Positions 38,641 through 46,632 of a DNA stretch of 64,000 nucleotides are shown piece by piece. The translations under genes and the position numbers were made by a program. The notes under the pieces were generated by a model. The model was given only the letters and a program-made list of their open reading frames with translations, searched no databases and was not told the origin of the DNA. Positions within the stretch are counted from its first letter, which is position 1; each line of letters begins with the position of its first letter. This DNA comes from Gammaproteobacteria bacterium (GTDB lineage: Bacteria; Pseudomonadota; Gammaproteobacteria; Ga0077536), in assembly GCA_043744805.1 (NCBI GenBank), contig JAYTTZ010000113.1, positions 8,082 through 72,081 of the forward strand. Reading direction: 5' to 3'.

Positions 38641-38648
38641 GCACACGT

Positions 38649-38909
38649 ATGACTGCTTCGAATCCACCTTTGATCCTCGAACATCCAGACCTCGGTCGCC
38701 TGCCCGCGCGGCGCCTCCTGGACTGTATCTTCGCCCTCGCCCCCGACCAATCATTGCTGCACCTGCATATCGAGCAGGTTCGTTGCAGTGCTGATGGCCG
38801 GGTACTCGCATTCACCGACGCGCTGCCCGAGGAAAGCCGCAAGCGATGCCGGGTGATCCCGCCATTCGTCGTGGCGTTCCGCGAGCCCGCGGAGGCGTCC
38901 CATGATTGA
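38649..38909 (+). CDS. Hypothetical 86-aa protein, translationally coupled to the rhodanese-like gene
   Basis: The ORF MTASNPPLILEHPDLGRLPARRLLDCIFALAPDQ... has mostly GC3-rich codons. Its stop overlaps the next start (ATGA at 38902-38909). No obvious RBS and no recognised family. Confidence 0.35.
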   Translation: MTASNPPLILEHPDLGRLPARRLLDCIFALAPDQSLLHLHIEQVRCSADGRVLAFTDALPEESRKRCRVIPPFVVAFREPAEASHD

Positions 38910-39345
38910 ACCCCTGGCGCCAACCGAAGCTTTTGATCGCCTGCAAGCGGACAGCGCCATCACCCTGGTGGACGTCCGCGCCGTGGGTGAGTTCGCCCAG
39001 GGCCGACCGCTCGGTCGGGTGATCAACGTGCCGGTCGCTTTCTGCCATCCGACCACCGGCGAGTTCGTCCCCAACAAGGACTTCGGCCACATCGTTGGCA
39101 CCGTGCTTGGCGAAGTATCGGCAGTCCTCGTTGGCGGCGCCGATGATGCCCGGGTGGCCGACGCGGCAAACCTCCTGGTGGCCGCCGGCTTCAAGTCCGT
39201 TGGCGCAGTGGCCGGCGGGATGGACGCCTGGCGTAACGCGCTGTTGCCCACCACTCGCGACAACCGCGACGGTGTGAGCTATGTCTCACTCCTGATGCGC
39301 GTGCGGCGTCCGGAGGATGGGAAGAAGACGCACGCCGCCCACTGA
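38902..39345 (+). CDS. Rhodanese-homology-domain protein lacking the active-site cysteine
   Basis: Rhodanese pattern (LVDVRAVGEFAQGRPLG.INVP ... AAGFKSVGAVAGGMDAW). The catalytic-loop position reads VLVGGADDARV, with no Cys. RBS GGAGG. Confidence 0.7.
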   Translation: MIEPLAPTEAFDRLQADSAITLVDVRAVGEFAQGRPLGRVINVPVAFCHPTTGEFVPNKDFGHIVGTVLGEVSAVLVGGADDARVADAANLLVAAGFKSVGAVAGGMDAWRNALLPTTRDNRDGVSYVSLLMRVRRPEDGKKTHAAH

Positions 39346-39484
39346 AGGGCGAACGCTGGCCAGCTTCCCGGGAGACATCCTCGCGAGGTGCGGATCAGGG
39401 CCGCAAGACCTCCTGCAGTGAAACTACGTTAAACCACCGGCGCCCCTGAATTGGGCGACGACCTGAATTACCGGGAGAACCTCC

Positions 39485-40456
39485 ATGTCCTACACGGCAG
39501 ATTTCGAGCGTTTCAAGTTCCCGCAGGCTGCTGGCAACGCCTTCAAGGGCAAATGCGTGCTGATTACCGGCTCAGGCAAGGACGGCGGCATCGGGCAGGC
39601 GCTGGCGCTGGCCGCCGCCGCCAACGGGGCGGACACGGTGGGCGTGCATTTCCACAGCAGCTACCGTGACGGTTTCGATCTCGTGGACGCCATCCGTGCG
39701 CAGGGCGGGAAGGCGTTTGCCGTACAGGCGGACGTCACCAACACCCGCGACCTCTGGGCCTCGCGCAGCTACATCATCGAACAGAACGGCGGCAAGGTCC
39801 CGGATCTGGTCATCTGCAACTCGGGTCTCACGGAGAAGGGCTATCGCTTTGGGCGTGCGTTGCCGGAGAAGGAGGGCGAGTCGCGCGCCGAGCGGCGCGC
39901 CCGCGTGCGCCGTGACTTCATCGAAAATCTCGCTGAATCAAGCCTCGTTATGACCACCAAGATCGAAGGCGCGGTGAGCATGAGCCACCTGTGGGCCGGC
40001 GAAGCGCTCTACCACAACCAGCCACTGCAACTGATCTACGTGTCTTCCATGCAGGCGTTGGAGCCCGGCGTGGCAGTGCCGGGTTACGTGGTGGCCAACT
40101 GGGCGGTGCTGCGCCTCCCGGAAGTCCTGCGCGTGAACCTCGGCAAGCAGTCCGGGATGGTCAGTGCGGCCTGCCTCATGTTGCCTTTCGTGCGCACTGG
40201 CATGACCGCGGAATACGCCGACAATCCGAAGGTCTTCGGCCGCTGGCAGCCGCGCATGCTGGAGCCTTTCGAGGCGGCCGAGAGCGTTGCCCAACTGCTT
40301 GACCGCCCGGCCGAAGAACTCAACCTCGGCAATTTCAAGCTGAACGTGGGCGGCACGGTGGAAGCCGCGCGGCTCAGTTGGTCGAAGGTCAGGATTGAGT
40401 CCCATGACGAATCCCTCGACTGGAGTGAGTCGACGGCCCTGGTGCGTGGCGCCTGA
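39485..40456 (+). CDS. Divergent short-chain dehydrogenase/reductase (SDR)-like protein
   Basis: Rossmann motif VLITGSGKDGGIGQA, CNSG in place of NNAG, and a Ser...YVVAN region. It carries an about 30-aa charged insertion and a C-terminal extension. RBS GGGAGAA. Confidence 0.65.
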   Translation: MSYTADFERFKFPQAAGNAFKGKCVLITGSGKDGGIGQALALAAAANGADTVGVHFHSSYRDGFDLVDAIRAQGGKAFAVQADVTNTRDLWASRSYIIEQNGGKVPDLVICNSGLTEKGYRFGRALPEKEGESRAERRARVRRDFIENLAESSLVMTTKIEGAVSMSHLWAGEALYHNQPLQLIYVSSMQALEPGVAVPGYVVANWAVLRLPEVLRVNLGKQSGMVSAACLMLPFVRTGMTAEYADNPKVFGRWQPRMLEPFEAAESVAQLLDRPAEELNLGNFKLNVGGTVEAARLSWSKVRIESHDESLDWSESTALVRGA

Positions 40457-40500
40457 GCCGATGTCCAGGCCTTGATGGGTAGCCGTTCGAGGCCTGCGGC

Positions 40501-42324
40501 GTGACGACTGCGCTAGCGGTGCTGCGCGAAGTTTTTGGTTACGACGCCTTCCGGGGCGTACAGGCTGAAATCGTCGAGCACGTCGGCGGCGGCGGGGACG
40601 CGCTGGTCCTCATGCCGACCGGCGCCGGCAAAAGCCTCTGCTACCAGCTGCCCGCCATCCTGCGTGAACGCGCCGGGCAGGGCGTGACCCTGGTGGTCTC
40701 CCCGCTCATCGCGTTGATGCAGGATCAGGTGCGGGCGCTGGAGGAACTCGGGGTCCGCGCCGCCGTGCTCAATTCCTCCCTGGACCCGGCGCAGGCGCGC
40801 CAGGTCGAGCAGGATCTGATGAAGGGGTGCATCACCCTGCTGTATGCGGCGCCCGAGCGGGTGCTGACGGATCGCTTCCAGATCCTGCTCGCCAGCCTTT
40901 TCGAGCGCGATCAGCTCGCGCTGTTCGCGATCGACGAAGCCCACTGCGTGAGCCAGTGGGGGCACGATTTTCGCGCCGAATACCTGGGCCTCGGCAGGCT
41001 GCACGAGCAGTTTCCCAGCGTCCCGCGCATCGCGCTAACGGCCACGGCGGACCAGCACACCCGCGAAGACATCATCGAGCGCCTGCATTTGCAGGACGCC
41101 CGCCAGTTCATCACCAGCTTCGACCGCCCCAACATCCGCTACACCATCGTGGAGAAAGCCGACGCCAGGCGGCAGTTGTTGCGGTTCATCCAGCAGTCGC
41201 ACGCCGGCGAAGCGGGCATCGTGTACTGCCAGAGCCGCAAGAAGGTGGAGGAAACGGCCGGATTCCTGGAAGGCGAAGGCATCAAGGCCTTGCCCTACCA
41301 CGCGGGCCTACCTTCCGACATGCGCCGCGACCACCAGTCGCGCTTCCAGCAGGACGACGGCATCGTGATGGTGGCGACGATTGCCTTCGGCATGGGCATC
41401 GACAAGCCCGACGTGCGTTTCGTGGCGCACCTCGACCTGCCGCGGAACATCGAAGGCTACTACCAGGAAACCGGCCGTGCGGGTCGCGACGGCCAGCCGG
41501 CCGACGCCTGGATGGCCTACGGGCTCTCCGACGTGGTCAACCAGCGCCGGATGATCGACGACGGCGAAGCCAACGATGACTTCAAGCGCCTGCAACGCCG
41601 CAAACTCGACGCCCTGCTAGCCCTCGCCGAAGCGCACGACTGTCGGCGCGTGCGCCTGCTCGCCTATTTCGACGAGGACAGCACGCCCTGCGGCAACTGC
41701 GACAACTGCCTGCAGCCGCCACAGACCTGGGATGCCACCGATGCCGCGCGCAAGGCGCTCTCCTGCATCTATCGCATCCACCAGCAGAGTGGTCTCTACT
41801 TCGGCAGCGGGCATGTGATCGACGTTCTGCGCGGCAAGGAAACCGACAAGGTGATGCAGCATCGCCACCACCTGCTGTCCACTTTCGGGATAGGCGCCGA
41901 TTTGCCCGAAGGGCCGTGGCGCGGCGTATTCCGGCAGTTGGTCGCGCGTGGCGACATCGCGGCGGAGGGCGAGTACCACACCCTGCGGCTGGGCGAGACC
42001 GCCCGCGAAGTCCTGCGCGGCGAAGTGGCAATACGCCTACGCGTGGCGGTGGCCGGCAAGGCTCGCAAAAGTCGCAGTGACGAGGGCAGGACGGCCACGG
42101 CGGAAGGCAATCCGTTGTTGGCCAAGCTCAAGGCCTGGCGCGCCGAGACGGCGCGCGCGCGCGGCATTCCTGCGTACGTCATCTTCCATGACGCGAGTCT
42201 CGAGGAGATGGCGCAGCGCGTGCCGCACAGCCTGCTGGCCCTCGGCACGATCACGGGGGTCGGCGCCAAGAAGCTGGAGGCCTACGGCGCGGACATCCTG
42301 GCGATCGTGGCGGGGGGTGAGTGA
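40501..42324 (+). CDS. recQ: ATP-dependent DNA helicase RecQ
   Basis: GTG start. Motifs LREVFGYDAFRGVQ, MPTGAGKSLCYQLPA, DEAHCVSQWGHDFR, IAFGMGIDKPDVRFV, a zinc-binding Cys cluster, and a C-terminal HRDC (IFHDASLEEMA). Confidence 0.9.
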   Translation: MTTALAVLREVFGYDAFRGVQAEIVEHVGGGGDALVLMPTGAGKSLCYQLPAILRERAGQGVTLVVSPLIALMQDQVRALEELGVRAAVLNSSLDPAQARQVEQDLMKGCITLLYAAPERVLTDRFQILLASLFERDQLALFAIDEAHCVSQWGHDFRAEYLGLGRLHEQFPSVPRIALTATADQHTREDIIERLHLQDARQFITSFDRPNIRYTIVEKADARRQLLRFIQQSHAGEAGIVYCQSRKKVEETAGFLEGEGIKALPYHAGLPSDMRRDHQSRFQQDDGIVMVATIAFGMGIDKPDVRFVAHLDLPRNIEGYYQETGRAGRDGQPADAWMAYGLSDVVNQRRMIDDGEANDDFKRLQRRKLDALLALAEAHDCRRVRLLAYFDEDSTPCGNCDNCLQPPQTWDATDAARKALSCIYRIHQQSGLYFGSGHVIDVLRGKETDKVMQHRHHLLSTFGIGADLPEGPWRGVFRQLVARGDIAAEGEYHTLRLGETAREVLRGEVAIRLRVAVAGKARKSRSDEGRTATAEGNPLLAKLKAWRAETARARGIPAYVIFHDASLEEMAQRVPHSLLALGTITGVGAKKLEAYGADILAIVAGGE

Positions 42325-42412
42325 GGTCGCACCTGCAGCCGGGCAAAACCCGAACCCGGGGCGCCCCGGTTGGTTGCCGGGATAAGCCCGGCCAAACGCG
42401 TCTCGTCCTTCC

Positions 42413-42835
42413 ATGAGTACGGAGTTGTCGATGGTCACGATTGACGCAGTTGCCGCGTTCCTGCGCCAGGAATTCCCGCAGAACCGTTGCTCGGTCGACG
42501 CTGTGGGCGTCGGCAGCGCAACGATCCGCCGGCGCATCCAGCAGGCCGACCTGCGTCCCGGCGGGACGGTCTCCGGCCCGGTGATCTTCTCGGTGGCTGA
42601 CAGCGCGCTTTACGTGGCGCTGTTCGGGGCCCTGGGGATCATGCCGATGGCAGTGACCTCCAGCCTCACCATCAATTTCCTCAGTCGTCCGGCGGCTGAT
42701 CGAGATTTACTGGGCGTCTGCACGCTCATCAAGACGGGACGCACGCTGGTGGTGGGCGAAGTCTCCGTGTATTCCGAAGGACTGCCTGCACCCGTTGCCC
42801 ACGTCGTGGGTACCTATGCACTGCCCCGCGCCTGA
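42413..42835 (+). CDS. PaaI-family hotdog thioesterase
   Basis: 140 aa. GGTVSGPVIFSVADSALYVAL and GRTLVVGEVSVY are typical of the PaaI/YdiI-type domain. Confidence 0.75.
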   Translation: MSTELSMVTIDAVAAFLRQEFPQNRCSVDAVGVGSATIRRRIQQADLRPGGTVSGPVIFSVADSALYVALFGALGIMPMAVTSSLTINFLSRPAADRDLLGVCTLIKTGRTLVVGEVSVYSEGLPAPVAHVVGTYALPRA

Positions 42836-42861
42836 CTCGCTCATCCGCCCAGGAGGTTCCT

Positions 42862-42984
42862 ATGAGCACACCGCCACCCTGTCCCCAATGCCATTCGACC
42901 TACACCTGCAAGAATGGCGGTCGGTGCGTGTGTCCGGAGTGCGCCCACGAGTGGACCACCCGCGCCGCGGTCGCCAAGGCTTGA
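42862..42984 (+). CDS. Stand-alone PhnA/YjdM-type zinc-ribbon mini-protein (40 aa)
   Basis: Below the ORF-track size cut-off. AGGAGG lies 5 nt upstream of the ATG. MSTPPPCPQCHSTYTCKNGGRCVCPECAHEWTTRAAVAKA matches the E. coli YjdM N-terminus, as recalled from memory ([25 protein letters not shown]). Confidence 0.6.
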   Translation: MSTPPPCPQCHSTYTCKNGGRCVCPECAHEWTTRAAVAKA

Positions 42985-43021
42985 GGTCAGTGTCCACCTG
43001 AAGACGTGCCAGGGAGCCGCC

Positions 43022-44032
43022 ATGACTGCCATCGAACGTTTGCGCGCCTTACCCCACTGTGCCGAACTCAGCGAGGACGCGTTGCTGGGTCTTGCTGCCC
43101 TGACGCACGAAGTGCGATTCCGCGCCGGCGAGCTGATGCTCCGGCAGGGCGAGCCGGCGGCACATGCCTATGCCATCGCCGAGGGACAGGTGACCGTGCT
43201 GCGCTCCCTGCCGGGCGGTGGCGAGTTGCTCCTCGCGGAAGTGGGGCCCGGTGGGTTCATGGGGGAAATCGGCCTGCTGGCCGAACAGGCGCGTATTGCG
43301 AGCGTGCGCGCGGTGGGTGACGTGCACGCCATCAAGTTCGACCGGGTAATCTTCACCGCCGCCTGCAAGATGCGCCAACCGGTGGCGCGCGAGATGCTCC
43401 TGGGGGTGATCGGAAGGGTCTGCGTGCAGGTGCGTGGACTCATCGGACAGCTGGGCGCCGCCCTGCCGCCGGCGACCGACTGGTCCCGGGACAACACGGG
43501 GGATGTCGAACCGCTGTTCGATTACCATGGCTTCCTGCCGCTGCTGCGCTGCGCGCCCACCTTCGGCGAGGAAGGCCTTGCCCGCTTCGCCGAGTTGGCG
43601 ATGCCGCGCCAGCTGTCGCGCGGTGGGCTGCTGTTCGATGCCGGCGAAAAGGACACGGGCATCGCCCTTGTCGTGCGGGGTGCGCTTGAACTCATCGCGC
43701 GCGGTGCGGCGGACTCCCAGGCGATGCAGGTGTTCGGGCCTGGCGCGATTTGCGGCTTGCCATCAGCCGTCGACCACCTGCCGCACGCCGGTGTGGCGCG
43801 GGCGCGCGAGCACACCCTGGTGCTGCATCTGGCGCAGGACGTTTTCGACCAGCATCTCGGACAGGCCGACGAGTTTGGCTTCGGCTTGATGAGCGCGGTG
43901 GGCGAGCAGCTTGCGGACAGCATGCCCCGCCTCAGCAATCGCCTGGCCCAGCAGGTGGGGCTCCACCGTGCGCAGGCGCTGCTCACGCGCGGGATGGGCG
44001 AAGGTCCTTCAGATGCGGATGTCGGTGGTTGA
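43022..44032 (+). CDS. Protein with two tandem cyclic-nucleotide-binding (CNB) domains and no recognisable output domain
   Basis: ATG at 43022 after AGGGAG. CNB1 has a phosphate-binding-cassette-like FMGEIGLLAEQARIASVRA. The CNB2 cassette is degenerate (FGPGAICGLPSAVDHLPHAGVARA). No HTH is visible. Confidence 0.7.
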   Translation: MTAIERLRALPHCAELSEDALLGLAALTHEVRFRAGELMLRQGEPAAHAYAIAEGQVTVLRSLPGGGELLLAEVGPGGFMGEIGLLAEQARIASVRAVGDVHAIKFDRVIFTAACKMRQPVAREMLLGVIGRVCVQVRGLIGQLGAALPPATDWSRDNTGDVEPLFDYHGFLPLLRCAPTFGEEGLARFAELAMPRQLSRGGLLFDAGEKDTGIALVVRGALELIARGAADSQAMQVFGPGAICGLPSAVDHLPHAGVARAREHTLVLHLAQDVFDQHLGQADEFGFGLMSAVGEQLADSMPRLSNRLAQQVGLHRAQALLTRGMGEGPSDADVGG

Positions 44033-44932
44033 AATCTGCGGGCGCCGGCCGCCCATAGCGGCCACCAGCAGGCCGTATTCCGGTACTTCAATCCACGAAC
44101 TCAAGTCACCGGTGAGTGGCTCGGAAGCCACCAGGATGGCTTCCGCCGAGTCCTCGCCGCCTACCATCTTCCACTCGCCTTGATGGTGGCCGAAGTCATG
44201 GCCCAGCGTGTACCAGAGGCTGAGGTAGCGCAGGTTCGTTTCGTTCACCCGGGCAGGATCGTCGGTGCGATAGCGGCCGAAGTCGAAGCAGAAGCGCACG
44301 GCGGCGGCCACTTCGCCGTTGCCCATGAAGAGGTTCACCGACGACGAAATGGCGACCCCGGCCTGGTGGCGCGCGTCGCGGATGATGGCCAGCGCTTCGA
44401 TCACGGCCACGCCCAGTTCATCGGCAGAGAAGCCCACCGGATCGGGCAGCCGTGAGATCACCAGGCCTGCAATCCATTCGCTGTCCGTGGTCCCACAGAT
44501 CTGGCGTCGCCAGCGCGGGGCCACGTGCGGCGCCAGGTGATCGCGAATTTCCGCGAAGCGATACAGATCCCCGTTGTGGGCCAGCGCGAGTGAACTGCCT
44601 TCGAAGCGGAAGGGATGGGTGTTCTGCATCGAGAGGTTGACTTCGGTGCTGTAGGCCACGCCCCGCACGTGCGCAAGCAGCGAAGAGGCTTGTACCTTGC
44701 CGGCCAGCGATTTCAGGTTGCGATCAAAGATCGGCAGCGACGTCGAACGATATTCCCAGGGACGCGAGGGCTCGTGCGAATCACGGTCCCAGGCCAGCAT
44801 CCCGAAGCCCGCGAGGTTGAGCAGGTGCAGCATGCGTGGATTGAAGGACTGTCTGACCAGCGCGCTGTCTGGCTGGAACAACAGGTGATCGAGCACGACC
44901 GGTGGACCGAGGTAAAGCAGCGCGCGGCACAT
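44009..44932 (-). CDS. Class II (Ntn-type) glutamine amidotransferase domain protein (YafJ/EgtC-like)
   Basis: It starts MC..., with Cys2 as the Ntn nucleophile. Motifs HVRGVAYS...NTHPF, LAHNGDL and TTDSEW. Its 3' end overlaps the CNB gene by 24 nt (convergent). Confidence 0.7.
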   Translation of the reverse strand: MCRALLYLGPPVVLDHLLFQPDSALVRQSFNPRMLHLLNLAGFGMLAWDRDSHEPSRPWEYRSTSLPIFDRNLKSLAGKVQASSLLAHVRGVAYSTEVNLSMQNTHPFRFEGSSLALAHNGDLYRFAEIRDHLAPHVAPRWRRQICGTTDSEWIAGLVISRLPDPVGFSADELGVAVIEALAIIRDARHQAGVAISSSVNLFMGNGEVAAAVRFCFDFGRYRTDDPARVNETNLRYLSLWYTLGHDFGHHQGEWKMVGGEDSAEAILVASEPLTGDLSSWIEVPEYGLLVAAMGGRRPQISTTDIRI

Positions 44933-45022
44933 GGGCTATCTCCTGGCGGGTTTCCAGCCCCTGGCTGATTGGGTATCGTTGCGGTGATCCGCCCACTTGG
45001 CAACCTCGCAAAGGCACTCCGC

Positions 45023-45847
45023 ATGAAGGACGACCATCTCCCGCAACCGCCACCTTACGCAACCATCGAGGTCCGCCAGGACGGCGCCATCGACTGGCTC
45101 ACGCTCAATCGTCCGGAAGTCCTCAACGCGCTTTCAATCCGGATGCAACTCGAACTCCAGCATTACTTCCAGTCGCTCTACCACACGCATGGACGGCGAG
45201 TCGTGATCTTAAAGGCCGCAGGCCGCGCCTACTGTGCAGGGCTCGACATCAAGGAACTCGATTTATCCAGGGACATTTCCAATCCCGTCACGGGCTTGAA
45301 GGTGCAGCAGCGTGTCGCGGACATCATCAAGGCGATGCGACGTTGTCCGCAGCCGATCATTTCGCTGGTGAATGGTGCAGCGAGCGGCGGCGGGATGGCC
45401 TTGGCGCTGGCCAGCGACGTGCGCCTTGCCACGCCCACCGCACGCTTCAACGCGGCGTTCATCCGCATCGGCGTCACCGCCTGTGATGTCGGTACCAGCT
45501 ACTTCCTGCCGCGCCTCGTGGGCTGCTCGGTGGCATCCGAGATGATGCTGACCGGGCGCTTCATCGATGCAGCGCGGGCCGAACGCACCGGGCTCGTCTC
45601 CGCCGTGGTGGCGCCAGAAGAGATCGAAGCCGCAGGCCGGGCGATGGCACAGGACATGCTCCGCGCCACGCCGCTGGGACTGCGCCTCACCAAGGACGGC
45701 ATCAACCAGAACCTCAACGCACCCAGCCTCGATGCGGCGATGGCGCTGGAGGACCGCCAGCAGATCCTGTGCGGACATACCGAGGACGTGAAGGAAGCCT
45801 TCCACGCCTTCATCGAAAAGCGCGAACCGCATTACGAGGACCGTTAA
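45023..45847 (+). CDS. Enoyl-CoA hydratase/isomerase family protein
   Basis: LTLNRPEVLNAL, YCAGLDIKE, ISLVNGAASGGGMALALASD and DVKEAFHAFIEKREP. Confidence 0.85.
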   Translation: MKDDHLPQPPPYATIEVRQDGAIDWLTLNRPEVLNALSIRMQLELQHYFQSLYHTHGRRVVILKAAGRAYCAGLDIKELDLSRDISNPVTGLKVQQRVADIIKAMRRCPQPIISLVNGAASGGGMALALASDVRLATPTARFNAAFIRIGVTACDVGTSYFLPRLVGCSVASEMMLTGRFIDAARAERTGLVSAVVAPEEIEAAGRAMAQDMLRATPLGLRLTKDGINQNLNAPSLDAAMALEDRQQILCGHTEDVKEAFHAFIEKREPHYEDR

Positions 45848-45849
45848 AC

Positions 45850-46620
45850 ATGAGTGGACTCTTTTCCATCCGGGGCAAGGTGGCGCTGGTCACCGGCGGC
45901 TCGCGCGGCATCGGCCTCATGATCGCCAAGGCCTTCGTCGAGGCCGGTGCGAAGGTTTACATCTCCTCGCGCAAGGCTTCAGCCTGCGACCAGGTGGCCG
46001 CGGAACTGGGCGCGCTGGGCGAGTGCCATTCGCTGCCGGCGGATCTCTCGAAGATGGAGGAGGTCGAACGCCTCGGCAACGCGATTTTTGAACGCGAGCA
46101 GCGCCTCGATATCCTGGTCAACAACGCCGGCGCCACCTGGGGTTCTTCCATCGAAGCCTTCCCCGAAGCCGGCTGGGACAAGGTGATGGATCTCAACGTG
46201 AAGTCCGTGTTCTTCCTCACGCAGAAACTGCTCCCACTCCTCGAGCAGGCCGGCAGCCCTGCCGATCCGGCGCGGGTCATCAACATCGGCTCGGTAGATG
46301 GCCTGCACATGCCCGCCTTCGAGAACTTCTCCTATGCACCGTCGAAGGCGGCGCTGCACCACCTGACCCGGATGCTGGCCAGCTCCCTGGCCAGTCGTTC
46401 CATTACTGTGAATGCCATAGCGCCAGGCCCATTCGCCACGGACATGATGGCGCCGATGGTGGCCACGATGGGCGACAAGATCGTGGGCGCCGTGCCCCTT
46501 GGCCGCTTGGGCGAGGGCGATGACATCGGCGGCGTGGCGGTGTTTCTGTCGGCTCGTGCGAGCGCGTACATCAGTGGCGTGGTGTTGCCCGTAGATGGCG
46601 GGCTGCTGGGCGCGAGCTGA
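45850..46620 (+). CDS. SDR-family oxidoreductase (3-oxoacyl-reductase-like)
   Basis: VALVTGGSRGIG, NNAG, and YAPSKAAL (the YxxxK catalytic motif). It starts 2 nt after the upstream stop. Confidence 0.85.
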   Translation: MSGLFSIRGKVALVTGGSRGIGLMIAKAFVEAGAKVYISSRKASACDQVAAELGALGECHSLPADLSKMEEVERLGNAIFEREQRLDILVNNAGATWGSSIEAFPEAGWDKVMDLNVKSVFFLTQKLLPLLEQAGSPADPARVINIGSVDGLHMPAFENFSYAPSKAALHHLTRMLASSLASRSITVNAIAPGPFATDMMAPMVATMGDKIVGAVPLGRLGEGDDIGGVAVFLSARASAYISGVVLPVDGGLLGAS

Positions 46621-46632
46621 GATCCCCTCCAG

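Noticed and set aside
38543-38648. A possible Moco/Wco riboswitch or sigma-54 promoter upstream of the AOR operon.
   Set aside because: The leader is only about 105 nt and must also contain the promoter. I could not find the conserved Moco-motif core. TGGAAT...GC has the wrong GG-GC spacing for a -24/-12 promoter.
38550-38648. The longer 119-aa version of the small plus-strand ORF, starting at ATG 38550.
   Set aside because: It would start 8 nt from the divergent polyferredoxin start codon, leaving no promoter space. Its first 33 codons run through the tandem repeat and palindrome and are Arg/Pro-rich. ATG 38649 is preferred, and even that call has low confidence.
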